Both the position numbers and the translations under genes were made by a program. The notes below the pieces were generated by a model that saw only the letters and a list, made by a program, of their open reading frames with translations, did not search any database and was not told the DNA's origin. Positions 36,362-49,240 of a stretch of DNA of 64,000 bases are shown here, piece after piece; the first letter of the stretch is position 1; every line of letters starts with the position of its first letter. Source of the stretch: Octopus sinensis (lineage: Eukaryota); the NCBI RefSeq assembly GCF_006345805.1, contig NC_043006.1, forward strand, positions 75,144,001 to 75,208,000. Direction: 5' to 3'.

Positions 36362-39300
36362 TCACTTGTCCTGCCGGGTCTTCTCGCGCACAGCACACTT
36401 CCAGAGGTCTCGGTCTCTAGTCATTTCCTCAGTGAGACCTAAAGTTCGAAGGTCGTGCTTCACCACCTCGTCCCAGGTTTTCCTGGGTCTGCCTCTTCCA
36501 CAGGTTCCCTCAACCGCTAGGGTGTGGCACTTTTTCACACAACTATCTTCATCCATTCTCGCCACATGACCATACCAGCGCAAACGTCTCTCTTGCACAC
36601 CACAACTGATGCTTCTTAGGTCCAGCTTTTCTCTCAAGGTACTTACACTCTGCCGAGTGTGAGTACCGGCATTACACATCCATCGGAGCATACTGGCTTC
36701 ATTTCTAGCGAGCTTACGCATATCCTCAGCAGTCACGGCCCATGTTTCACTGCCATGTAGCATGGCTGTTCGTACACACGCATCATACAGTCTGCCTTTC
36801 ACTCTGTGCGAGAGGCCTTTTGTCACCAGCAGAGGTAAGAGCTCTCTGAACTTTGCCCAAGCTATTCTTACTCTAGCAGTTACACTTTCAGCACACCCAC
36901 CCCCGCTGCTGACTTGGTCACCTAGGTAACGGAAACTATCAACTATTTCTAGTTTTTCTCCCTGGAAAGTGACGGAAGTTGGTCTCAGAGCATTTTCAGT
37001 GTTTATTGTTCCTGAGCATCTGCCACATACAAAAACCATCTTCCTAGTTAGCCTTCCTTTGACATTGCTGCATCTCTTATGTGTCCATAGCTTACACTTG
37101 GTGCATCTTATAGAGTTTCTACCTACACCTTTTCTACAGATCGAGCAGGGCCATCTACCTGAAGGTGTTTGTGATTTGTCTACCTTCCTACTGATTACGA
37201 CTTTGGTTTTAGCTAGATTGACTCTGAGGCCCTTCGATTCTAATCCTTGTTTCCACACCTGAAACTTCTCCTCCAGTTCTGATAGCGACTCAGCAATTAG
37301 AGCAAGGTCATCAGCATAGAGGAGCTCCCAAGGGCATCCTGTCTTGAATTCCTCCGTTATTGCCTGGAGGACTATGATAAATAGGAGGGGGCTGAGTACT
37401 GAGCCTTGGTGGACCCCTACCTCTACCCGGAATTCTTCACTGTACTCATTTCCAACCCTCACCCTACTAGCGGCGTCCCTATACATGGCCCGCACAGCTC
37501 TCACTAACCATTCATCTATCCCTAGTTTTCTCATTGCCCACCAGATAAGGGATCGGGGGACCCTGTCGAAGGCTTTCTCCATGTCAACAAAAGCCAGGTA
37601 CAGGGGCTTATCTTTGGCTAGGTATTTCTCCTGCAGCTGCCTTACCAGGAATATAGCATCAGTAGTACTTTTCCCTGGCACAAACCCAAACTGCATCTCA
37701 TCTAAACTAACTCTCTCTCTAATTAGTTGGGCTATGACCCTCTCCGTAACCTTCATCACCTGGTCCAACAGCTTGATACCTCTGTAGTTATTTGTATCTA
37801 GGGCATCACCTTTACCTTTGTAGCAGTTGACTATTATACTGCTACACCAGTCATTGGGTATGACCCCTTGTGTATCACCTGATTAACTATATGGGTGACT
37901 AGGCTATAGCCGACACTACCAGACATTTTGAGCATCTCTGCAGTGATTCCTGATGGGCCTGGGGTTCCCTGTCTTCATGCTTCTAATTGCCTTAGCTACC
38001 ACAGAACTATCAACTCGGATAGCTGGTCCCTCTGTTGGGTCAACATTCGGCAGACTCTCTTTATCCCATTCATTTTCTTCATTCAGCAACCTTTCATAGT
38101 GGCATCTCCAAACCTCTCTCTTCGCATCCTCATTTAGCGCAAGTGAACCATCTTCCATGCGAACACACTTCTCTCCTACCACAACGATTCTCTCTCAAAC
38201 ACTGTCTTGCAACACGAAACACCTCCAGTCTTTGGTCCTCACGGCGCAGAACATTGGCAAATTTTTTCTTATCTGCTTCCCCTCTGGCTAAATAAACCTG
38301 TCTCCTAGCTTCTCTTTTGGCAGTCTGATACAATTCCCTGCTACCCCCATTTTTCCAGACCTTCCAAGCCTGTCTCTTTTCTCTAAAGCCCTGTCTACAA
38401 TATTGTTCCACCACCACGTTATTCTAGGTCGAGAGGGGACTTTGCACCAGCCACAGATCTGGTCAGTGGCTCTCAGCAGGTTGTCCCTTAGAAACGTCCA
38501 GCTGTCTTCTACCCCCTGTGATGCTCTATCCCCTTCTACTTCGTCAGAGGCTTCAAGTAATATGTCCCTAAATCTCTGTCCATTTGCAGGATCTTTAAGC
38601 TTCCAGATCCTTCTTCTCCATATTGTCGTCTTCTGGTTGTCCTCCTAGTCCTGATCCTAAAGTCACTAACTACCAGTCTATGTTGTGGGGTACATTCTTC
38701 ACCTGGGAAGGTTTTGGCATTTATAAGCAGCCATCTCTCCCTTTGCCTTGTAAGGATGTAGTCAATTTGGCTGGTATGTTGGCCCGATTGGTAAGTAACT
38801 AGGTGGCTGGTAGGTTTCCTGAAGTTAGTGTTGCAAATCATAAGATTATTTGCATCGCAGAACTCCAGCAGCCTGGTTCCCTCCTCGTTGCGGGAGCCAT
38901 AGCCATAGCCTCCATGTACGCCATGGAAGCCCCCAGCATGTCGTCCAACGTGACCATTGAAGTCACCAGCCACAAAGATAAGGTCTCTGTCGTTCGTCAA
39001 TGAGGTAGTCTGCAGTAGAGTGTCATAGAATCGGTCTTTCTGTCCATCGGGTAGCCCCGACTGAGGAGCATAGGCTGATATAATGGTTGCTAAACTATGA
39101 TGAAGCACTAATCTAATCTTAAGTATTCTGTCACTTACTCTGATTACCTCAATTACTTTATCTACCCATTTCTCAGCGATAAGTATACCCACGCCACCAA
39201 CCCCGTCAGTGTTCCCTGCCCAGAAAATCTTGTACCTGCGTTCCTTGCCTGTGAGGAACCTAGCTGATCCTCCTCTCCACCTTATTTCTTGCATGCAACA

Positions 39301-39522
39301 TATATCCACACATCTCCGTTCAAGCATCTCGACTATCTCACCAGACCTACCTTTCAGAGTGCCAACGTTGAGGGTGCCAACCCTGAGGGTGTGGAAGACA
39401 TGGGCTCTAGAGACCCTGGGACGGTGGACAGTAGCTTCGTGTACCTGAAAAGAAAGCTCGCATTTGGCAGAATTCATGTGCAAGAAATGAAGTAGTAAAG
39501 TAGCCTTCAGTACAACCTGCAT
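36362..39522 (-). pseudogene. RTE LINE ORF: APE endonuclease plus reverse transcriptase, five frameshifts as assembled
   Basis: GTLNVGTL, CMQEIRW, AGDFNGHVG, QIDYIL, PQHRLV (endonuclease); VDMEKAFD, VHQGSVLSP, LYADD, FRYLG (RT); RGRPRKTW C-terminus typical of the RTE clade. Confidence 0.95.
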
Positions 39523-39683
39523 AACGCTAGCCTTTCATATTTTGCACTGTATGAACATTACCTTACATAGGTCGAGACTAGGGGTTGGGATGGTGAGAGC
39601 ATTTGCAGTCTTCATGGGAAGCAACCCCGGAATGGAAGAGAATAGGAACTTCCGGCATGCGTGGTGGGGTGTGAGGGCGGGTG

Positions 39684-42270
39684 CACCGTAGCTGAGTAAA
39701 GAGGTTCTGTTAATCGTGAGCTAGCAAATGGGTTTGTATGAATCGGGAGACAATACTAAACGAAAAATTGAAAAATTGAAAAATTGAAAAATTGAAAAAT
39801 TGAAAAATTGAAAAATTGAAAAATCAGAGTGGCTATGAACCTGGAGACAAGTCTAAACGAAAAAAATGTTTGAGCTAGACAGGGTAATGAGGGAATACTG
39901 AAAGAATGAGTGACAATACAATGAGATGGAAATTGAAGAATAGAGAAAGAATAAGGATAAGTGCAAGAAAGAAGGTAGTCGTAGCAAGGTTGGACGATTC
40001 ACTTAACTTTTAGCCATTCATGATCTGTGCGTATTCTTTAGATATTTTGAAGCGAGTGGGGTTAACGATAAATGCGATGGCTCTTTTATGTATGGCGATG
40101 ATGGTTTTGGGGAGGGGGGGGGGCATAGAGGACCATGGCGATGATGGTTATGGGAAGGGGGGACATAGCGAGAGAGAGATACGGTTAGTTAGAGAGAGAG
40201 GTCAAGGGACACGTGACAATAAGCGGGGTGTGAGGGAATTTGACTGGGGACGGCATTGTCGATAAATAAACATTAGATAAATAGGTTTGAAAATCAGAAA
40301 AATCAGAGGGAATATCATTATTGATAGCTAATATAACACCGTAGCTGAGTAAAGAGGTTCTGTTAATCGTGAGCTAGCAAATGGGTTTGTATGAATCGGG
40401 AGACAATACTAAACGAAAAATTGAAAAATTAAAAATCAGAGTGGCTATGAACCTGGAGACAAGTCTAAACGAAAAAAATGTTTGAGCTAGACAGGGTAAT
40501 GAGGGAATACTGAAAGAATGAGTGACAATACAATGAGATGGAAATTGAAGAATAGAGAAAGAATAAGGATAAGTGCAAGAAAGAAGGTAGTAGTAGCAAG
40601 GTTGGACGATTCACTTAACTTTTAGCCATTCATGATCTGTGCGTATTCTTTAGATATTTTGAAGCGAGTGGGGTTAACGATAAATGCGATGGCTCTTTTA
40701 TGTATGGCGATGATGGTTTTGGGGAGGGGGGGGGCATAGAGGACCATGGCGATGATGGTTATGGGAAGGGGGGACATAGCGAGAGAGAGATACGGTTAGT
40801 TAGAGAGAGAGGTCAAGGGACACGTGACAATAAGCGGTGTGAGGGAATTTGAGGGGACGGCATTGTCGATAAATAAACATTAGATAAATAGGTTTGAAAA
40901 TCAGAAAAATCAGAGGGAATATCATTATTGATAGCTAATATAACACCGTAGCTGAGTAAAGAGGTTCTGTTAATCGTGAGCTAGCAAATGGGTTTGTATG
41001 AATCGGGGACAATACTAAACGAAAAATTGAAAATTGAAAAATCAGAGTGGCTATGAACCTGGAGACAAGTCTAAACGAAAAAAATGTTGAGCTAGACAGG
41101 GTAATGAGGGAATACTGAAAGAATGAGTGACAATACAATGAGATGGAAATTGAAGAATAGAGAAAGAATAAGGATAAGTGCAAGAAAGAAGGTAGTCGTA
41201 GCAAGGTTGGACGATTCACTTAACTTTTAGCCATTCATGATCTGTGCGTATTCTTTAGATATTTTGAAGCGAGTGGGGTTAACGATAAATGCGATGGCTC
41301 TTTTATGTATGGCGATGATGGTTTTGGGGAGGGGGGGGGGGGCATAGAGGACCATGGCGATGATGGTTATGGGAGGGGGGACATAGCGAGAGAGAGATAC
41401 GGTTAGTTAGAGAGAGAGGTCAAGGGACACGTGACAATAAGCGGTGTGAGGGAATTTGACTGGGGACGGCATTGTCGATAAATAAACATTAGATAAATAG
41501 GTTTGAAAATCAGAAAAATCAGAGGGAATATCATTATTGATAGCTAATATAACACCGTAGCTGAGTAAAGAGGTTCTGTTAATCGTGAGCTAGCAAATGG
41601 GTTTGTATGAATCGGGAGACAATACTAAACGAAAAATTGAAAAATTGAAAAATCAGAGTGGCTATGAACCTGGAGACAAGTCTAAACGAAAAAAATGTTT
41701 GAGCTAGACAGGGTAATGAGGGAATACTGAAAGAATGAGTGACAATACAATGAGATGGAAATTGAAGAATAGAGAAAGAATAAGGATAAGTGCAAGAAAG
41801 AAGGTAGTCGTAGCAAGGTTGGACGATTCACTTAACTTTTAGCCATTCATGATCTGTGCGTATTCTTTAGATATTTTGAAGCGAGTGGGGTTAACGATAA
41901 ATGCGATGGCTCTTTTATGTATGGCGATGATGGTTTTGGGGAGGGGGGGGCATAGAGGACCATGGCGATGATGGTTATGGGAAGGGGGGACATAGCGAGA
42001 GAGAGATACGGTTAGTTAGAGAGAGAGGTCAAGGGACACGTGACAATAAGCGGTGTGAGGGAATTTGACTGGGGACGGCATTGTCGATAAATAAACATTA
42101 GATAAATAGGTTTGAAAATCAGAAAAATCAGAGGGAATATCATTATTGATAGCTAATATAACACCGTAGCTGAGTAAAGAGGTTTGTTAATCGTGAGCTA
42201 GCAAATGGGTTTGTATGAATCGGGAGACAATACTAAACGAAAAATTGAAAAATTGAAAAATTGGAAAAAT
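39684..42270. repeat. Tandem array of ~610-bp monomers (4 full + 1 partial)
   Basis: Unit start CACCGTAGCTGAG at 39684, 40337, 40944, 41553 and 42162. Confidence 0.95.
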
Positions 42271-42420
42271 ATATATATATATATTATATATATATATATA
42301 TATATCAAGACTGTTATTCAAAATAATGATCATATCAAGTGGCCACCATGGGAAGAAAATCTGTATAGGTTATAATTGCTATCAAATTATATATATATAT
42401 ATATAACATCATATAAATAT

Positions 42421-42707
42421 CTGATCTGGCAGTGTTTCTACAGCTGGATGCCCTTCCTAACGCCAACCACTCCGCGAGTGTAGTGGGTGCTTTTTACATG
42501 CCACTGGCACAGGTGCCAGGGGAGTCTGGCATCGGCCACGATCGGATGGTGCTTTTAACGTGCCACCGGCACGGAAGCCAGTCAAGGCGGCGCTGGCATC
42601 AACCACGTTCGGATGGTGCATTTTATGTGCCACCGGCACAGAAGCCAGTCGACGCGGCGCTGGCATTAGCCACGTTCGGATGGTGCTTTTTATGTGCCAC
42701 CGGCACA
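42421..42707 (-). mobile_element. RTE 3' UTR fragment with hairpin repeats
   Basis: Repeated GGATGGTGC(T)n..GTGCCACCGGCAC units; ends in (TA)n. Confidence 0.8.
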
Positions 42708-42712
42708 ATATA

Positions 42713-42748
<36 letters not shown>

Positions 42749-42754
42749 TGTATG

Positions 42755-42787
<33 letters not shown>

Positions 42788-43844
42788 GCACACACACACA
42801 CCACGCTCACACATTCACGCTGACACACATTCACAAGCCAATTACATCATTGTAAAGATGAGAGTGGTTCTTGTTTTTAGTTCAACGGATTTTAAATTAC
42901 ATATATTGTATTTTTGTTTGTTTAGTCATTACTGCAGGGTGTGAACTTTGTATAGCATTAATTTAATGTTTGTTTTCTAGAATTAACTCCCTTTTTCACT
43001 TTAATGTTTTTTGCTTGGTTTTTTTTTTTTTTTGACGGTTCATTGCACTGGAATAAATGTAGTTTATTTACAGCAGTCATTTATGTAAATAAACTACATG
43101 TTTTCTCTTGTATCGTTAATGAGACAGTTGTAATGTTAACTCATTTGTCATATATATATTAATCATGCAAAAAAGTTAACTACCAATTTCAGAAATAGGT
43201 ATAAGGCTGCAAATTTTTTTTTGTGCAGGTGTGTGTGTATGTGTGTGTGTGTGTGGTGTTTGGAATAGGTGATGGTATCAACTGTAGTACCTGTGTAGTT
43301 CTTCTCGTTATATTGATCCCAGAAAAATGAAAGGGCACAGTCAACCATTTTTAATGACATTTAATGTAGGCACAGTTTCACGAAATTTAGGCTAGGGAAA
43401 TTAATTAATTAAATCAATCCAGTATATAACTGGTACTTTATTTCTCTCCCCTCTCAATGTATGAAAGGTAAAATTAACCTCAGTGAAATCTGAACTCATA
43501 ATGCTAAAGGACCATGCTAATTACTTCAGGGCATGTAATTATCCTGACACTCTTATGAATCTGCCCATGATTTCAAACTTAGGCACAGAGTTACAAAGTT
43601 CAAGTGGTCTGTAGTTTCCATTTTTTATGTTTTATGTGTTCCAGTTACTAGAGTGCTGCCATACTGGGGCACCACCTTGAAGGATTTTCAGTCAAATTTA
43701 TCAACTTCGAAAAGATGATAGGCTAAGTTGACCTTGGTGGAATTTGAATTCGGAACCCAAAGCCAGATAAAATGCCACTAAGTATTTGGCCTGGTGTGCT
43801 AATGATTCTGTCAGCTCACCACCTTATTAATAATAATAATAATA

Positions 43845-44285
43845 ATAATCCTTTCTACTACTAAAGGCACAAGGCCTGAGATTTTAGGGGAGGGGATTAG
43901 TCAATTGCATTGACACCAGTGTTTCACTGGTACCTAATTTATCAACCCCAAAAGGATGAAAGGCAAAAGTTGACCTTGGCAGAATTTGAACTCGGAACGT
44001 AGCAGAAGGCAAAATACCACAAATCATTTTGTCCAGTGTGCTAACGATTCTGCCAGCTTACCAACTTACTATAACTAATAATAATCCTTTCTACTATAGG
44101 CATAAGGCCTGAAATTTTGAGGAGGGGACCAGTCGATTAGATCAACCCCAGCACACAACTGGTACTTAATTTACAGATCCCGAAAGGATGAAAGGCAAAG
44201 TTGACCTTGGCGGAATTTGAACGCGGCAGGTGAAATACTACTAAGCATTTCACCTGGCGTGCTAACGATTCTGCCAGCTTGCTGT
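43845..44285 (-). mobile_element. Two adjacent SINE A2 copies
   Basis: Two reverse-complement matches to family A2, each with an (ATT)n-type tail. Confidence 0.75.
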
Positions 44286-44384
44286 CTTAACAAAGTAAAA
44301 AAATTAATAAAATAATAATAATAATAATAGTAATGAGTTTTTTCTTAAATATTTGCTGCTGAAAAATTGCTTGATCATAAGAGA

Positions 44385-44628
44385 GAGAGAGAGAGGGGGG
44401 GAGAGAAAGAGAGAGAGGGAGAGAGAGAGAAGAGAAAAAGGGAGTGAGAAAAAGAGAGTGAGTGAAGCAAATGGTGACTAGTTAGATTTAAAATTTTTCT
44501 TGTTGTAATAGAGAGAAAAATTTAACAAATAAAACAAGGAAACAACAAATAAATAAATAAGTAGTGAGCAGCAGCAGCAGCGGTAGTGGTAGTAGTAGTA
44601 ATAGTAGTAATAGTAGTAGTAGTAATAC

Positions 44629-44662
<34 letters not shown>

Positions 44663-45405
44663 TAACTACATGGAAATAATTTGATGATTCAGCTTATATT
44701 GACTAGCTTGTTCTGTGTGTATGTGTGTGTTTGTGTGTCTGTGTGTGTGTGTGTGTCTCCTCATCCCCCCCACACACAGACATGCGCACACATGTATATA
44801 CACACACACACACACACACATACACATGTGCACAGGCATGCACACACACAGACTCACACGCACACTCACACGCACATACCTTTCTGCTAGCAACAATCAT
44901 ATGAATGACAATGACAATGGATGGCAGGTGGTGGCGGTGGTGTTGGTTGTGGTAGTGAAGCTGGTGGTGGTGGTGGTGGTGTTGGTGGTGGTGGTGATGG
45001 TGGTGGTGGGGGTGTTGGTATCAGAGGTATTATAGAATAAATGTGAGCTGGATAATGCAGGTTTATGTCTTAACGATGTAAGTTTCTGATTAATTTTGAC
45101 GATTAAGCCAGGTTTTGATGAAATAAATGCACTTCTATGGGGTTTTCATTTTATTCTTTTTCTCCTTAAACGAGAGCAAAGATCTCTTAGATGTGGGCAA
45201 GGAAGGACTTGTGTGAGTGTAATAAAGGGGCGGGGTGGTTGAAGAAAAAGAATAAAAAAAGAAAAAAAAAAACTAAACAAAAGATGAGCATGTCTCCAGG
45301 CGAGAAAAGAAAACCTCATTTCCTAGAGAATGTTTGCAACATGCATCAATATGTACACATATCTCCCTCATCACCATCACCATCATCATCATTGCACTTG
45401 TCATT

Positions 45406-45437
<32 letters not shown>

Positions 45438-45790
45438 TTTCTTTGTCATTGTGGTTGGTCGTCGCTGCCGCTGCCACCATCATCATCATCATCATCAGCA
45501 CCGTCATAATCATTATTATCATTATGATTACCATCATCATCGTCATCGTCATCATCATCATCATCATCAGTATCATCATCATCATCATCATATCATCATC
45601 GTTGTCATCATTGTCGTTGTCATCATCATCATCATCATCATTTTCTTTGCCATCATAGTCATTGTCATCACCACTGCTGCTGCCATTGTCATCATCATCA
45701 TCACCATCATCAGCATTGTCACCACCACCACCACCACCACACCACCACCACCATCATCATTGTTGTCATCATCACTTTTATAGATGAGTG
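44385..45790. repeat. Microsatellite cluster: (GA)n, (AGT)n, (CA/GT)n, (GGT)n, (CAT)n
   Basis: Directly visible. Confidence 0.9.
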
Positions 45791-46499
45791 CACAAGAGAA
45801 CAGGCAGGCATTGGCATGGACTTGTGATGTTTATAGGCTGAAAGTTATTGTTATGTCTCGTCTAGCTGGTGACATCTCTGTGTACATCTTGGATGGCTCT
45901 AATGAGCCATTCAACCACACCTAGTGTTTCTTAGCAACCACCAGGCTCCATAGTGTATCTTGACAAAGACTTTGAGCTCTTGTCATCATCATTTTAATGC
46001 CTAAGTTTCCATGCTTGTATGAGCCCATTGGAACTTGTTGAAGCAGATTTCCTACGACTGAATACCTTTCCTGTCACTAACCCTTGCCAATTTCCAAATA
46101 TGGTAACACTTCACCATAGGTGAACATATTTTCATGAGAGATTGGCATGGAAGGACACTAATTGTATGACAGCGATGCTCCTTTATTGACCATCAGGTGA
46201 TGTCAAGACAATGGTGTATGAGCACATGCATGCACACACACACCACACATACATTTCATGGGCTTCTTTCAGTTTCCATCTACTATATCTACTCACAAGG
46301 CTTTAGTCAGCCTGAGGTAATAGCAGAAGGGCAATGGACCTGGCAGAATCGTTAGCACACCAGGCTTAGCGGTATTTCATCTGCTGCTACGTTCTGAGTT
46401 CAAATTCCGCCGAGGTCAAGTTTGCCTTTCATCCTTTTGGGAGTCAATTTAATAAGTACCAGTTACACACTAGGGTCGATGAATACGCATCCAGGCTCA

Positions 46500-46720
46500 G
46501 CGGTTGCGTAGGAAGTCAGGGACAAGAAACAGGAAGAAAGAGTGAGAGAAAGTTGGGGTGAAAGAGTTCAACAGGGGTCACCACCACCCCCTGCTGGAGC
46601 CTCGTGGGGCTTTAGGTGTTTTTGCTCAATAAACACACACAATGCCCAGTCTGGGAATTGAAACCGCGATCTTCTGACCACGAGTCCGCTGCCCTAACCA
46701 TTGGGACATTGCGCCTCCAC
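46500..46720 (-). mobile_element. SINE family D, 5' part
   Basis: Matches 23480-23671. Confidence 0.8.
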
Positions 46721-47473
46721 TGCTGCTGATGATGATGATGAACAACAACAAAAATATTTGATTTTAAAATAGTCAGACAACGGCACCTCATAGCCATCAC
46801 TCCTTGCTCGGAAATATGCAAACATTGTTGCATTTTTGATTGTGCAGCATGTTAACCCAGAATAGATCAAAGTATGGTATGAATATCAAAGGCTTTTAGA
46901 TCTAGTGAGATATTCTCAGTCATTTCATTGGCTATCTGATCCATGTTGTTGCTTTCAGTCCTTTGATTGGCTGCTTGTCCCACTTAGCTGTTCTTAGCCG
47001 TTTGATTGGCTGCTTCTGTGTTATATATGGGTCTGTTCAAATAGAGTTGGTTATGTTACCCAACAACAACAACAACAACTGAAACATCAGTTTCGTTATC
47101 ATAACAGTGTAAGTTGCTATCAATATTGTTAATCAATATTTCAAGAATATTCTTTAAGGCGGCAACATGGCTGAATTGTCGGCATGCCAGGCAAGATGCT
47201 TAGCGGCATTTAGTCCATCTTTACATTCTGAGTTCAAATTCCACCGAGGTTGACTTTGCCTTTCATACTTCCGGAGTCGATAAAATAAGGACCAGTTGAA
47301 TGAACACCAGAGATTGATGTAATTGACTTATCCTTCCACCCCATGAATTGCTGGCTTTGTGCCAAAATTTGAAAGCAATATTTAAAAAATATTCTTTAAG
47401 GCAGCAAGCTGGCAGAATCGTTAGCATGCCCCATAAAATGCTTAGCAGTATTTCATCCATCTTCACTTACTGA

Positions 47474-47720
47474 CATTATTTACATTATTTACATTTGACA
47501 GATATTTGTCCTCATCTTGTTTGTTGTTAACACAGTGTTTCGGCTGATATACCCTCCAGACTTCATCAGGTGTCCAATTTTGAACCTGGGTTCTCATTCC
47601 TAAGGTATTTTGCGATGTTGTAGTTATTATTATTATTATTCAGGTCACTGCTTGGAATTGAACTCAGAATCTTGGGGTTAGTAGCACGCACTCTTAACCA
47701 CTACATCATATGCCTGTGGG
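47474..47720 (-). mobile_element. tRNA-headed SINE carrying a degenerate hammerhead motif
   Basis: A box TGATGTAGTGGTTAAG, B box GAGTTCAATTCC, (AAT)n, then CTGATGA...CAGCCGAAAC, tail (AATGTAAAT)n. Confidence 0.65.
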
Positions 47721-47879
47721 CAATTATGGAGTGAATTTTAGGGTTTATAAATCTAATATTTTCTTATCTTTCTTCAATACTGGTATTAAGGAAGAATAGA
47801 AAAAAAAAATTAGATTATTATTTTTCGGCGTCGTCATCATTGTCATCGTCGCTGCTGCTGCTGTTGTTGTTGTTGTTGC

Positions 47880-47931
<52 letters not shown>

Positions 47932-48547
47932 TTGGGTGAACTTTTCAGTTATGGGGATGTAAACAAACCAACACTGATATTCAAAGGATGAAAGAAACAT
48001 AGAGATGCACATGCATGTGTGTATATATACACATACAAAACCATTCACACTTATTCACACACACACACACACACCACACACACACATTTTTACTTAAAAC
48101 TTGGCACAACAATTCTTTTAACTGCCAAGTGCAAATTTTTTTGCTGTAATTTTATGTATGTGAGTGTGTCTGTGTATATACATACACACATACTCTCACA
48201 CACACATACTCACTTATATGTGTAGATGTATGTATGTATCTGTGTGTATGTGCAAATGTACCCGTATGTACGTGCATATGTTTCTGTGTGTTTGTAAACT
48301 GCAATGCAGAACATATTAAGTAAAGCTTATTAATTCTGTTTTAACAGATAACACAAGGTGACCTAACATTGGAGACAAGCGTTTTGCCAAGTTTTAAATA
48401 AAAAGATATAAAATTCTACACTTGTATTGCATAATCCATTTTGCTGGACCAAATCGTGATGATGATAATTGAAAGTTAACCGCTGAAAAGAGAGTAGGTC
48501 TTATTAATAACAATAACTACACCATCAGTTTTAATTGTAATGTTACT

Positions 48548-48690
48548 AGGCGTGGCTGTGTGGTAAGAAGCTTGCTTCCCAAATGCATGGTTCCGGGTTC
48601 AGTCCCACTGCATGGCACCTTGGGCAAGTGTCTTTTACTATAGCCTTGGGCCGACCAAAGCCTTGTGAGTGGATTTGGTAGATGGAAAAT
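48548..48690 (+). mobile_element. SINE family B, 5' half
   Basis: GGCGTGGCTGTGTGGTAAG...GGTTCAGTCCC...CCTTGGGCAAGTGTC. Confidence 0.8.
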
Positions 48691-48849
48691 CCTGTCATAT
48701 ATATATATATATATATATATAATATTTATATATATGTATAATATATATATATATATGTATAATATATATATATATATAAAACAGATGAATTACCAGTAAG
48801 CATTTCGCCCAGCGTGCTAACGTTTCTGCCAGTTTGCCGCTTTAATCAT

Positions 48850-49240
48850 CATTCATCATCATCATTTAACGTCCGCTTTCCATGCTAGCATGGGTTGGAC
48901 GATTTGACTGAGGTCTGGCGAACCAGACTGCAATCTGATCTGGCAGAGTTTCTACAGCTGGATGCCCTTCCTAACGCCAACCACTCAATGAATGTAGTGG
49001 GTGCTTTTACGTGCCACCGACACGAGGGCCATTTTGGTGGTATTGGCAATGGCCACGCCCAAATGGTGCTTTTTATGTGCCACCTGCACAGGAGCCAGTC
49101 CAGCGGCACTGGCGATGACCTCGCTTGAATGTTTCACGTGCCACCAGCACACGTGCTAGTAAAGCAACGCGGTAACGATCACGCTTGAATGGTGTGTTTA
49201 ATGTACCATCGGCACGAAGGCCAGCTTGTTGTCCTGGCAA
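48850..49240 (-). mobile_element. RTE 3' end fragment with hairpin repeats
   Basis: (CAT)n, conserved tail, GTGCCACC units. Confidence 0.8.

Larger units (their letters stand above)
35765..42270 (-). mobile_element. Near full-length RTE-clade LINE including 5' tandem array
   Basis: Single EN-RT ORF, ~600-bp 3' UTR ending in a (TGA)n tail, TA tracts at both ends. Assigning 39684-42270 to the element is inference. Confidence 0.9.

Noticed and set aside
39523-40337. HDV-like ribozyme at the RTE 5' end
   Set aside because: Manual inspection found no nested P1/P1.1/P2/P3 pseudoknot; an RNAMotif search would settle it.
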